Shown here in pieces: positions 1-8,340 of a stretch of DNA of 43,525 bases. Within the stretch, counting starts at the first letter, position 1. Every line of letters begins with the position of its first letter. The notes below the pieces were generated by a model. That model was not told where the DNA came from and made no database searches. It saw only the letters and a program-made list of their open reading frames with translations. The translations under genes were made by a program, and so were the position numbers. The stretch is from a virus (lineage: Duplodnaviria > Caudoviricetes), in IMG/VR virus record IMGVR_UViG_3300032608_000646, positions 1-43,525 of that record; one strand, given 5' to 3'.

Positions 1-63
1 CCATTAAGGCGCTTAGGGATATTTCCAGGTGTTATCCATGTGTTTTTAAGGAGTGTGTAACCG

Positions 64-399
64 ATGAACGCTTTAATGAAATATTTAAAGATATTTAAAA
101 ATAAAATGCTTAAAACATTTTTAATAACTATTTTAATAATTCAATTTCTTGGCGTAGCATTTGCTGAAATCATAAATGTCACACCATCTATGCCTAAGGG
201 AACCCCTTCACCATTAAGCTGGCCGAATCTGCAAGAATCTGCTCCAGAGGTTACGCCCGAAGTAACTAATGATACTGAAAATTCCAACATAGAAATTAGT
301 ATCAATACTGAAGTACCATTATATGGTAACTTGTATATTGAAGTTTACTATAATGAGGAAGCGGAGGAGATCTTGCTCTCAAGGAGACTAAAATTTTAA
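64..399 (+). CDS. hypothetical exported/membrane-anchored protein
   Basis: Basic N-terminus, hydrophobic stretch and AFA|E signal-peptidase-like site, then a Pro/Glu-rich segment; start may be the later Met (MLKTFL). Confidence 0.5.
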   Translation: MNALMKYLKIFKNKMLKTFLITILIIQFLGVAFAEIINVTPSMPKGTPSPLSWPNLQESAPEVTPEVTNDTENSNIEISINTEVPLYGNLYIEVYYNEEAEEILLSRRLKF

Positions 400-404
400 A
401 ATTG

Positions 405-557
405 ATGCTGGCAGGTTTGATTTTTAATGGGATTCTTACAATTGAACAAGCAGAGCTCATACATAAAAGGCTGGGTGAAAGGTCTATGCCTGATACTGTC
501 AGGCAGTGCGTTGAAGAGATACAGTATGAAATAGATATTGTTCAGGATAAAATGTGA
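405..557 (+). CDS. small hypothetical protein (50 aa, not in ORF track)
   Basis: Read manually (MLAGLIFNG...QDKM); its TGA overlaps the next ATG. Confidence 0.4.
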   Translation: MLAGLIFNGILTIEQAELIHKRLGERSMPDTVRQCVEEIQYEIDIVQDKM

Positions 558-721
558 TGTCATTATTGAGAATAAAAAAGCCCAGAATTGACAGTCTTAT
601 ATTATTCGCGATTGCCTGCGCTTTAGGTATGGCAGGAGCGTTGCTTTTAGTGCGTACCCCACATAAGGCTATAGGGATAATATTAATGTGTTCTGGGTTA
701 GGGATACAGTGGTGGGATTAA
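557..721 (+). CDS. small two-TM membrane protein (54 aa, not in ORF track)
   Basis: MSLLRIKKPRIDSLILFAIACALGMAGALLLVRTPHKAIGIILMCSGLGIQWWD; TGATG coupling to the upstream ORF. Confidence 0.5.
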   Translation: MSLLRIKKPRIDSLILFAIACALGMAGALLLVRTPHKAIGIILMCSGLGIQWWD

Positions 722-724
722 ATT

Positions 725-925
725 ATGAATGATGGTGATATGATTATAGGGACAGCTTTAAATTGTACTATAACAGATAAAGTTGTATGCAAAAAATGTA
801 GAGACCGTTTCAAATGTATTACTAATAAAAAAGATAATCGCCATCAATATATAAATATTGCTATAGGTGGAAGTCTTTATAAAGTATTAAAACAAAAAGG
901 AGGGTCAAATGATGACAGTAAATGA
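725..925 (+). CDS. small protein with the recurrent three-Cys motif
   Basis: Contains CKKCRDRFKCIT; the motif recurs in five other ORFs. Confidence 0.6.
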   Translation: MNDGDMIIGTALNCTITDKVVCKKCRDRFKCITNKKDNRHQYINIAIGGSLYKVLKQKGGSNDDSK

Positions 926-1205
926 GGCAATGGTCTTACAGAAGACCATTAAGGAAAGACTGGCTGAATTAAGGAACCTTCGCAGTTCTGTAGCTACGGA
1001 AAAGACTACGACATACCCGTGGCATGAGAGCGAGAAGAAGATTGAGGAGATAAAAGTAAAGTACGACATTAAGGCCTTGGATAAAAAGGTTACCATGCTG
1101 GAGATATTTTTATACAAGTTGGACTCAGCTATAAAACAGTCTAACGCAAAGACTGAGATCGCTATAGTTGCGGATGTGGACAAATTACTGGCTCCATTAG
1201 AGTAA
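909..1205 (+). CDS. helical-hairpin protein, resembles DIP1984/DUF6847 family
   Basis: MTVNEAMVLQKTIKERLAEL...KLDSAIKQSNAKTEI matches my recollection of the family pattern (MxLxEAL...L..aIq..N); AAGGAGG RBS. Confidence 0.55.
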   Translation: MMTVNEAMVLQKTIKERLAELRNLRSSVATEKTTTYPWHESEKKIEEIKVKYDIKALDKKVTMLEIFLYKLDSAIKQSNAKTEIAIVADVDKLLAPLE

Positions 1206-1210
1206 AATCT

Positions 1211-1447
1211 ATTGGCGCAGGTGAGGCTAGCTGGGGGATAAGAAAAGGATATGCTTAGCATATCTCAGATAATGACTTCACAGTCATTAACATGGACGGG
1301 AAGTGTTGAGGCGGCATAAATCCTACATTTTCGGATAGAAATGAAATCCTGTTGTTGGTTGTTGGCCGTGTAAAAAACTTTCCAAAACCTCTTGTTGATT
1401 GTTGTTAATTGTTGTCACTCTTTTCTTTCACTAGTCCCACATCCGAT
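1211..1447 (+). ncRNA. putative structured non-coding RNA (~240 nt), family not recognised
   Basis: End-to-end pairing 1221-1230/1431-1440 and 1240-1247/1420-1427; perfect hairpins 1248-1264 and 1270-1289; nested stems 1298-1304/1377-1383, 1311-1315/1365-1369, 1326-1330/1339-1343; a non-coding gap in otherwise tightly packed genes. Confidence 0.6.
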
Positions 1448-1466
1448 TAAAGATTAAAGGAGTAAA

Positions 1467-1589
1467 ATGACTTTTCAGGAAGCGGTAAAAATTATCGAAA
1501 GGGATTTGAAGACAATTAAAAATCCTCGTATATTAGAGATAATATTAGATATATTGGGTTATACTATTAAGATACAGGAGGATTTGTGA
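1467..1589 (+). CDS. small hypothetical protein (40 aa)
   Basis: AAGGAG RBS; MTFQEAVKIIERDLKTIKNPRILEIILDILGYTIKIQEDL. Confidence 0.5.
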   Translation: MTFQEAVKIIERDLKTIKNPRILEIILDILGYTIKIQEDL

Positions 1590-1750
1590 ATGGTAGATGG
1601 GCAAAGAAGTTGCGAAAGTTTGTTTATGGGAAAGATGGATCCACTAAAGTGACAGAGTATAAAAAAATGTCGGAAGGGAATACTATAGCTGATAAGAAGC
1701 GTGGATTATATCAGTTGGCTAAAAAATCTTATTATGAAGGACGATTCTAA
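1586..1750 (+). CDS. small basic hypothetical protein (54 aa)
   Basis: GTG start with AGGAGG RBS, GTGA overlap; MNGRWAKKLRKFVYG...YQLAKKSYYEGRF. Confidence 0.55.
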   Translation: MNGRWAKKLRKFVYGKDGSTKVTEYKKMSEGNTIADKKRGLYQLAKKSYYEGRF

Positions 1751-1949
1751 GTGTAATGGCTGTATACACAGGATGAAGTGTATGACAGGACCAGATCAAT
1801 ATGTTTGTGTTAAAGATGATGTGAGCGGGAATTCAACGTCATCTTCTTCTAGTATGATTGGGTATTCATCTTCTTGGGCTTCTATAGACCAGGCAGTAAA
1901 ACCAAAGACATCAGTTACATACGAACCAATTAACCTTATAAATGACTAA
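1734..1949 (+). CDS. small protein with three-Cys motif and short Ser-rich tract
   Basis: CNGCIHRMKCMT, then NSTSSSSS; track start is 1701, ATG 1734 preferred to reduce overlap. Confidence 0.55.
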   Translation: MKDDSKCNGCIHRMKCMTGPDQYVCVKDDVSGNSTSSSSSMIGYSSSWASIDQAVKPKTSVTYEPINLIND

Positions 1950-2200
1950 TGGAAATATATAAAGCAAAATATGATACGCCATGCGGTAAGTGTAAAAAAC
2001 AGATAATAGTGAATAGAGTATTTTTTAAGGTTGATAATAGTATTTATTGTGTAAAATGTATTCAGGAATATATAGATGTAGAGTTAGTGAAACTTCAAAA
2101 TAAACTATTAGATTTTAAGAATATACAGGGTAAGGCTTATATGATGGAGAAAGACTATAATAAAAATATTATGCCTCAACCAGAGATTAAGGTGTCATGA
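1949..2200 (+). CDS. Zn-finger hypothetical protein
   Basis: AKYDTPCGKCKKQI...YCVKC (two CxxC) followed by a coiled coil. Confidence 0.6.
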   Translation: MEIYKAKYDTPCGKCKKQIIVNRVFFKVDNSIYCVKCIQEYIDVELVKLQNKLLDFKNIQGKAYMMEKDYNKNIMPQPEIKVS

Positions 2201-2655
2201 TGGCAGTTATAAGAATGAAGGAAAAAGTAAATGTAAGTAAGCACCTATGCAGATACTGTAGGCATAGGATGCAATGTCTTACAGAAACAAAGAAATATGC
2301 CCCTTGTGCATCTTTAGGTAAGTATAATACCATTGATGATGCTATGCAAAATGCTGAAGCAGGAGAAACTATTTATGTTGAGCCAGGTGTTTATCATCAC
2401 AAAACCATTAATTTTACTAAAGATAATATTACTATGTTTGCTGAAGAAGTGACCTTTAATTCTTGTGCTATTAATATGAATGAAACACATCTTATAGAAG
2501 GTAATAACACATCTTTTTTAAGTTGTGCTGTTAATGTTGAACCTTTGATAAATAAAAAATGTGTTATAGATACTTCAGGAAATACTGGTGTCATTAATTA
2601 TAATGGTAACCCAGGCAATATTATAGGATGCACCATTTCTGAAAGTGGGCGGTAA
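2197..2655 (+). CDS. three-Cys motif fused to a short pectin-lyase-like beta-helix fragment
   Basis: CRYCRHRMQCLT, then YNTIDDAMQNAEAGETIYVEPGVY, the typical N-cap of right-handed beta-helix proteins. Confidence 0.6.
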   Translation: MMAVIRMKEKVNVSKHLCRYCRHRMQCLTETKKYAPCASLGKYNTIDDAMQNAEAGETIYVEPGVYHHKTINFTKDNITMFAEEVTFNSCAINMNETHLIEGNNTSFLSCAVNVEPLINKKCVIDTSGNTGVINYNGNPGNIIGCTISESGR

Positions 2656-2848
2656 TGCTTTGGGGGAATATATACAGATGCCTGACTTCAAAGAAGAAAA
2701 TCAAATAATACCTGACTGGGATTATCAACTTAGTGAGATAAATGAGAAATTAGACAGGTTATTAAAATGTTTCGAACATAGTCATTGTAAGAGCTGTCCA
2801 GAAAAACTAAGATGTCTTACAAAAAAGAAGGAGAAGAAAAATGATTGA
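2645..2848 (+). CDS. small protein with C-terminal three-Cys motif
   Basis: CKSCPEKLRCLT; start uncertain. Confidence 0.55.
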   Translation: MGGNALGEYIQMPDFKEENQIIPDWDYQLSEINEKLDRLLKCFEHSHCKSCPEKLRCLTKKKEKKND

Positions 2849-3227
2849 TTGCAAAGGATGCCCAGATAAAATGAAGTGCGTTACAGGTGAGGTTAAACAG
2901 TGTAGGAGGGGCCTTATGCTTAAGCGTTGTTGTAGAGAATATCTTATGGTACGTCGTAAGCATCTATTTAAGACTATCTTAAAGATGCCTGAAGAGATGA
3001 TCAAGAACAATGAATTAATAATAGAGGAAATTTGCAGGGCTTGTGGTGAGAAACTAAATATCCGTTTAAAAATTAAAGCTGGTTTTGATTACGAGACTTT
3101 AAAATATGATAAAGTGGCTTGGCCAGCGCCTTATATTGGGGAGCATGGGATTGATACTACACAGCCGTGGTCTATTGACAATAGCACTGACAACATAGTT
3201 TATACAACTTCAGGAGGTACTTCATGA
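2841..3227 (+). CDS. Cys-rich protein with N-terminal three-Cys motif
   Basis: CKGCPDKMKCVT plus CC and CRAC; AAGGAG RBS. Confidence 0.6.
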   Translation: MIDCKGCPDKMKCVTGEVKQCRRGLMLKRCCREYLMVRRKHLFKTILKMPEEMIKNNELIIEEICRACGEKLNIRLKIKAGFDYETLKYDKVAWPAPYIGEHGIDTTQPWSIDNSTDNIVYTTSGGTS

Positions 3228-3778
3228 GTATAGTATTAAAGATATTATCCGCAGCAGTTTTTGGAATAGTGTGTGGCATCTTGGGCGCTTATGCCGGCGC
3301 GGATAAAACATCAAAGAGTTGGCGCAAGATCGGCATCCCACTTCTTATGGCTGTTTTTGCTGTAGGAATTTTGAAGAACTTGTGGGCTCTTTTCTGCCTT
3401 CTCTTTGCTTATCCTTATAGTGTAGGATATGGAATTCCAGATGGACTGCCTCCACTAGATCAGGGGAGTACTATAGGACATTATTGGTATTATAAACTTG
3501 GTATGAACCCTGATAAAGCTAATAAAGCTACACGGTGGACTATAGGAACTCTAAAATTATTAGGGGTAATGTGCTTACCTATTATTACTGGCAACTGGTT
3601 GTTAGCAGCTTTCTTATTCCCTGTTATGGTTATAAACACTGCCTTGTGGGGCGCTTATATTGAAGGTGAAGGTATGTTTACTTTACCTATTTTAGGAACT
3701 AAGTGTTTATGGGAAGAGTTTTATAGATATTGCGGTGATGGTTTTGTAGTTATGCTGTTAATATTATTTCATGGATAA
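3224..3778 (+). CDS. multi-pass membrane protein
   Basis: About five hydrophobic segments; GGAGG RBS; ATGA overlap. Confidence 0.7.
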   Translation: MSIVLKILSAAVFGIVCGILGAYAGADKTSKSWRKIGIPLLMAVFAVGILKNLWALFCLLFAYPYSVGYGIPDGLPPLDQGSTIGHYWYYKLGMNPDKANKATRWTIGTLKLLGVMCLPIITGNWLLAAFLFPVMVINTALWGAYIEGEGMFTLPILGTKCLWEEFYRYCGDGFVVMLLILFHG

Positions 3779-3941
3779 TTATAGTTGGTGCAAAAAATGT
3801 AAGATTTATTATAAGGCATTAGATAATAAATGCCCTATGTGTAATAAAGAAAGACTTATAGCCTTAAGAAGAAAACGATTGTATGATGAAGCATTAGAGA
3901 GGAGTTTAAATGCGAAAGTACATCGAGGGAATAAAAAATAA
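3771..3941 (+). CDS. small Zn-ribbon protein (56 aa, not in track)
   Basis: MDNYSWCKKCKIYYKALDNKCPMCNK... Confidence 0.55.
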   Translation: MDNYSWCKKCKIYYKALDNKCPMCNKERLIALRRKRLYDEALERSLNAKVHRGNKK

Positions 3942-4425
3942 GACATATTTAGAGCCTATGCTTAAAATGTATGACGATATAGAGCAGGCTATGCAAAATG
4001 CTCCCGCTTCTACGAAATTTCATCACAGAGATAAGGGCGGCCTTTTCAGACATACAAAAGAAGTCATGGAGATAGGATTACAACTTTATGATATTTTGTT
4101 AGCGGATATGAGGAAGCGAGCTATAACTAAAGATGATGTTATTATAGTTACCTTTATACATGATATTGAGAAGCTTGTAAAGTATCGCAGGATGAAGGAA
4201 CCCACAGCATATCAGACTTTTGAATATAATTATGATAAGGTTGATATAAATGACACAGCTTTTATAGTTCATTTTGTTACTAAATATGGGCTTGCGCTTA
4301 CAGAGAAGCATTTAAATTCCCTTACGTTCTCTCATGGCGGTTGGTCTCGCGATAGGGGCAAGATGATGCCCTTGGCTGTTTTATTACATGCTGCTGATTT
4401 ATTAAGTACTAATCTTTATGGATAA
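3910..4425 (+). CDS. HD-domain phosphohydrolase (YhaM/Cbf1-like HD domain, no OB fold)
   Basis: APASTKFHHRDKGGLFRH, IHDIEK, SHGG and LLHAAD motifs. Confidence 0.85.
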   Translation: MRKYIEGIKNKTYLEPMLKMYDDIEQAMQNAPASTKFHHRDKGGLFRHTKEVMEIGLQLYDILLADMRKRAITKDDVIIVTFIHDIEKLVKYRRMKEPTAYQTFEYNYDKVDINDTAFIVHFVTKYGLALTEKHLNSLTFSHGGWSRDRGKMMPLAVLLHAADLLSTNLYG

Positions 4426-4439
4426 AAAAAGGAGCTTAA

Positions 4440-4643
4440 ATGATTTATAGTCCCAGCCCTTATTATTATGTTGAAATTAGAAACAATATTGCTTTTGTTG
4501 TGGAAAAGAATACAGAAAGAACAATAGGTTATTGGAAGGATAAAAAATATTTTAGTTATGCGTTACATCCTGATATAACAGTCTCTATTGATGGAACACC
4601 TGTTAAAAAAGCTGATGGAATTGTTGCAGGAGGTCATAGATGA
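4440..4643 (+). CDS. hypothetical protein
   Basis: AAGGAG RBS; coupled to next gene. Confidence 0.5.
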   Translation: MIYSPSPYYYVEIRNNIAFVVEKNTERTIGYWKDKKYFSYALHPDITVSIDGTPVKKADGIVAGGHR

Positions 4644-5584
4644 TGAAAGTAGCAATAGGCGCACCAACTTATAATGACCATGAGAGAATAACTAACCTTA
4701 TTACATCTCTTTATATGTATACCGATCCAACTAAATTTCAAATGGTTATATTAGACGACGGGTCGCCTAAAAAGGAGCATGTGGAGAAGTTAAAAGAACT
4801 CTCTCTGGCTTGGAACATACCACTGATATTGAATGATAAGAATAGGGGCATCCCTTATTGCTGGAACCGTCTTACAGAATATTATGATACAGAATATATG
4901 ATTCTTTTTAATGACGATATACAAGTTAGGAACAAAGACTGGCTTGATGCTTTTTTGTATTTCATGGAAGAGAATAAATGTGGTTCGGTTGGTTTTCCGC
5001 TCCTTCACATTAATCCAAAGACTGGAAAACGTAATGAGACATGTGACCCGCCCAATGAAGATCTGCCACCTGGCCGCGTAGGATCACCAGTAGGATGTTC
5101 TTTCGGTTTTAAAAAAGATCATTGGAAACAAGTTAAACAGCCTGATGGTTCTACTGGTTTTTGGGAAAACTTGGTATCTTTTTATGAGGAGTTGGACTTT
5201 CATTTTGAATTAGCAAAGTTAGGACATGATTGTTATATGATGCCTTACCCTGCGCACGAACATTGGGGTTCGCAGACATTTGCTAATAATTCTGAATTAG
5301 CTGTAAGAAAATTTTCTGATTATTTGCCTAAAAAAGAATATATAGATATATTAAAAAGAGCCCCTAATCTTTCACTGGTGCTTGAAAATCATTTGGAAGT
5401 TGCCGATAGAGGTTATGCTTATAGAATGGATTATTCGAGAGTTATGTTTGCTAAAAAATGGGGATGTATAGATTATTATAATGTACCACAAGTTGAAACT
5501 CATCGCAGGCTCGTTGATCCGTTTCCTCATAGGCAGATTAAGTGGCTTGGCTTTGGTGGAGAACAAAAAGAACATGAGATATGA
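4640..5584 (+). CDS. glycosyltransferase family 2 (GT-A)
   Basis: IGAPTYN, ILDDGS, NRGIPYCWN, FNDD (DxD-like), FYEELDF, HWGSQTF. Confidence 0.9.
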   Translation: MMKVAIGAPTYNDHERITNLITSLYMYTDPTKFQMVILDDGSPKKEHVEKLKELSLAWNIPLILNDKNRGIPYCWNRLTEYYDTEYMILFNDDIQVRNKDWLDAFLYFMEENKCGSVGFPLLHINPKTGKRNETCDPPNEDLPPGRVGSPVGCSFGFKKDHWKQVKQPDGSTGFWENLVSFYEELDFHFELAKLGHDCYMMPYPAHEHWGSQTFANNSELAVRKFSDYLPKKEYIDILKRAPNLSLVLENHLEVADRGYAYRMDYSRVMFAKKWGCIDYYNVPQVETHRRLVDPFPHRQIKWLGFGGEQKEHEI

Positions 5585-5636
5585 TGGATAGCATAGTAGA
5601 AATCACTTCTATTTTAGCTAAATTATCTCTTATTGG

Positions 5637-6560
5637 ATGGGTGGTTTTAATATGGAAGTCATAGATCCTAAAAAATTTACCTCTCAAAAAGTGGTTAAAG
5701 AAAAAGAAGCACTTATATATGATGTAAAAATGACAGAGGATCTCGTAGTTGCTATATCACAATATAGAACTGTAGAATATACTTTGAAAGCCTTAGTGGT
5801 TTTAAAAGACGAGGGTATCCCTTTTACTTCTTTAGTTCTTTTTGATGGTTCTCGGAGTATAAATGTAGCTGGTACTTGTGTTATTTATCCGGAGGTACTT
5901 TTTGATTTTCATGAATTATATAATATAGCTAATTTATTTATAGATATCAGGCAGCCTATACATAGCTTACCTCATATTTGGAATCTTATGTTTGGAGCAG
6001 CAAAACTTACACGCGCAAAGTATATGTTCTGGCAAGGGTCTGACATGGAAATTAAGCCAGGCGCCCTTAAATCAATGATGGGCCTCATTGAGAAATATGA
6101 TATCGTGAATCCTATTAAAATAGATAATGATATGGAAAAATTTAAAAATTATACACCTATATATGATAAACCGCAGTTGATTGCAGGCATTAATGATTCA
6201 GCAGCGTTATTTAGATTAGATAAACTGCCATTCTTTCCGTTTGATTATGAGTATGCGCCTTATCAATTTGAAACTTCCGCGCTTGGCTATAAGCTCTGGC
6301 GAATGGGTTTAACTTCAGTATTAGATCCAAACGCTGTTATTTTTCATCATGTATCCAAAGATATTGAAAATTGCTCTAAAGAACGTGAGATAGGCTCTTC
6401 TACATGGGATAAAAAAAGAGACATTTTTTTAAAAAAAGACCCTGAAAAACCAGGGTGGGTTGATAATGAAAAGAAATTTTTTCTTGAAAAAAGTATAATG
6501 AATTCAGAAGTGGCGAATAAGATTGGTTTTCCAGTACACATATATGGAGATACGACATGA
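5637..6560 (+). CDS. divergent GT2-like glycosyltransferase
   Basis: LFDGS, SLPHIWN, WQGSD, FDYEYAPYQFE, AVIFHHVSK follow GT2 motif order. Confidence 0.65.
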   Translation: MGGFNMEVIDPKKFTSQKVVKEKEALIYDVKMTEDLVVAISQYRTVEYTLKALVVLKDEGIPFTSLVLFDGSRSINVAGTCVIYPEVLFDFHELYNIANLFIDIRQPIHSLPHIWNLMFGAAKLTRAKYMFWQGSDMEIKPGALKSMMGLIEKYDIVNPIKIDNDMEKFKNYTPIYDKPQLIAGINDSAALFRLDKLPFFPFDYEYAPYQFETSALGYKLWRMGLTSVLDPNAVIFHHVSKDIENCSKEREIGSSTWDKKRDIFLKKDPEKPGWVDNEKKFFLEKSIMNSEVANKIGFPVHIYGDTT

Positions 6561-7336
6561 TGGAGAACATTGTTTTTACAGATCTAGAGCAGGACTATAT
6601 CGATTTTTTTGGTGTATCACAGAAATATTTTATTGATAGAGTAAAGACACAAGGCGATTGGAATAATTTTAGAAGACGGTTTTTTCGCAACGCGAATACT
6701 GTCTCAAGAGAAGATCTATATAATTTATATAAACATGAGTATTATTCTAATAGATGCACGGCAGTTATAACTAAGACATGGTTCAGGGATCTTGAAAAGG
6801 AGAACAAAAATTTATTTGAGGCTGTTATCATTGGGAGAAAATTACATCCTTTTAATGCTGGAAAAAAAGCACTTGATTATGGGTGCCTGTGGGGTTTTTA
6901 TGGCACTCAATTGGCTACATGGGGATATGATGTTACATTAATGGATATACCGCATGGATTTTTTGAGTTTTTAGAATATCTGATAATAAAATATAAAGTG
7001 CCAAATATAAAATGTAAACCAATTACTGTGAATGAGGATAGCATTGAAGGTACGTATGATTATATTGTTTGTAGCGATGTATTAGAGCATTGCTATGATC
7101 CTGAACACGCTTTAAAACAATTGGTATCACATTTAAAAGATGATGGATATATGTTTTTAATGACTTGGTTTGATGACGGTAAAGGCGCCGATCCATCTCA
7201 TTTAAGAAGGAACACAGAAAAATATCAGGATTCGAAGTATGCTTTTGGATTATTTAATGAATGCGGATTAATTTCTACCACACCAGAGAAACCACATAAC
7301 GAACTACAGCATTTATTCAGAAAGAGGAGGATATGA
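6557..7336 (+). CDS. class I SAM-dependent methyltransferase
   Basis: ALDYGCLWG (motif I), YDYIVCSDVLEH, LKDDG. Confidence 0.9.
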   Translation: MMENIVFTDLEQDYIDFFGVSQKYFIDRVKTQGDWNNFRRRFFRNANTVSREDLYNLYKHEYYSNRCTAVITKTWFRDLEKENKNLFEAVIIGRKLHPFNAGKKALDYGCLWGFYGTQLATWGYDVTLMDIPHGFFEFLEYLIIKYKVPNIKCKPITVNEDSIEGTYDYIVCSDVLEHCYDPEHALKQLVSHLKDDGYMFLMTWFDDGKGADPSHLRRNTEKYQDSKYAFGLFNECGLISTTPEKPHNELQHLFRKRRI

Positions 7337-8340
7337 AAGTATTGTATTTAGTACATCCCGAGCAAGATTACGGAGAATATTATCTCTTTAATGGCCTATG
7401 TGAAATTCTCGGAGAGGAGAATGTAGTTACATATCCTTTTAAAAAGTCATACTATGGGTTGCCCCATGATGATTATATATTAGATGATGGTAAAAAAGGT
7501 TTTACCGCTCCAGGGGATAATATTGTAGGACGCAAGGTCAATAATTGGGATTTTATGGCTATCTGCGAACGGATAGAGGAGTTTGACTATATTATTCTTA
7601 CATCGGCGCGCACGTATGCGGTTAATGCTCTTGAGCAGCTCAAAGAGGTTTTTAATAAACTTTCAAAGCCATTGATATTTACAGAGCATGAGGATTCTAC
7701 TCATCTTAGAACAGACATTATAAAGCAATACGCTCCAGAGGTAGTTTTTAAAAGGGAACTCGTAAGAGGCATAGATTATACATATAAAGGTCAAAATATT
7801 TATTCCCTTCCATTTTCCTGTGCTATAAATAGCTTTCCAAGTTTTGATGATACTAAAAAAGAATATAGTGTCTTTGGTATATTTGGTAACACATGGCCAT
7901 TACGTAGAGATGTTGTTAAATTAGTTTTAAATATGAAAATGAAAAATTCTTATGTTGGTATGGATACAGGTAACTCAACAGATGGACATACGCTTTTAAA
8001 CTATAAAGACTTTCTTGAACACATAGCTCGATCAAAGATAGCCCTATCTGTCAGAGGCCATGGACGCGATACTTGTAGGCGCTGGGAGACAGCTGCTTAT
8101 GAAACATTAGTTATGATATGTGACCCAGGTATTATAATCCCTAATGATTTTGAAGATGGAAAGCATTGTGTATGGTTTAATAAAGACTTAAGTGATCTTG
8201 AAGAAAAGATATGTTATTATTTAGAGCATGATGATGAGCGTATTAAAATAGCTAAGGCAGGGAAAGAACATTTAATGAAGTATCACACTAATCAGGCGCG
8301 AGCAAAGTATTTTCTAGATATAGTGAAAGGAGAAACATGA
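7333..8340 (+). CDS. GT-B glycosyltransferase (CgeB/Glyco_trans_1_2-like)
   Basis: SKIALS, RRWETAA, FEDGKHCVWF, YYLEHDDERIKIAKAG...HT...RA C-terminal signature. Confidence 0.85.
   Translation: MKVLYLVHPEQDYGEYYLFNGLCEILGEENVVTYPFKKSYYGLPHDDYILDDGKKGFTAPGDNIVGRKVNNWDFMAICERIEEFDYIILTSARTYAVNALEQLKEVFNKLSKPLIFTEHEDSTHLRTDIIKQYAPEVVFKRELVRGIDYTYKGQNIYSLPFSCAINSFPSFDDTKKEYSVFGIFGNTWPLRRDVVKLVLNMKMKNSYVGMDTGNSTDGHTLLNYKDFLEHIARSKIALSVRGHGRDTCRRWETAAYETLVMICDPGIIIPNDFEDGKHCVWFNKDLSDLEEKICYYLEHDDERIKIAKAGKEHLMKYHTNQARAKYFLDIVKGET

Noticed and set aside
905-1261. Minus-strand 118-aa ORF and other short minus-strand ORFs in the track
   Set aside because: They lie opposite well-supported + strand genes and show no recognisable motifs.
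1211-1447. tRNA, tmRNA or group I intron identity for the structured gap
   Set aside because: No cloverleaf or T-loop, no tag reading frame, and the flanking ORFs are complete rather than split.
3224-3778. Holin or lysis cassette call
   Set aside because: Membrane protein, but no adjacent endolysin or spanin is recognisable.
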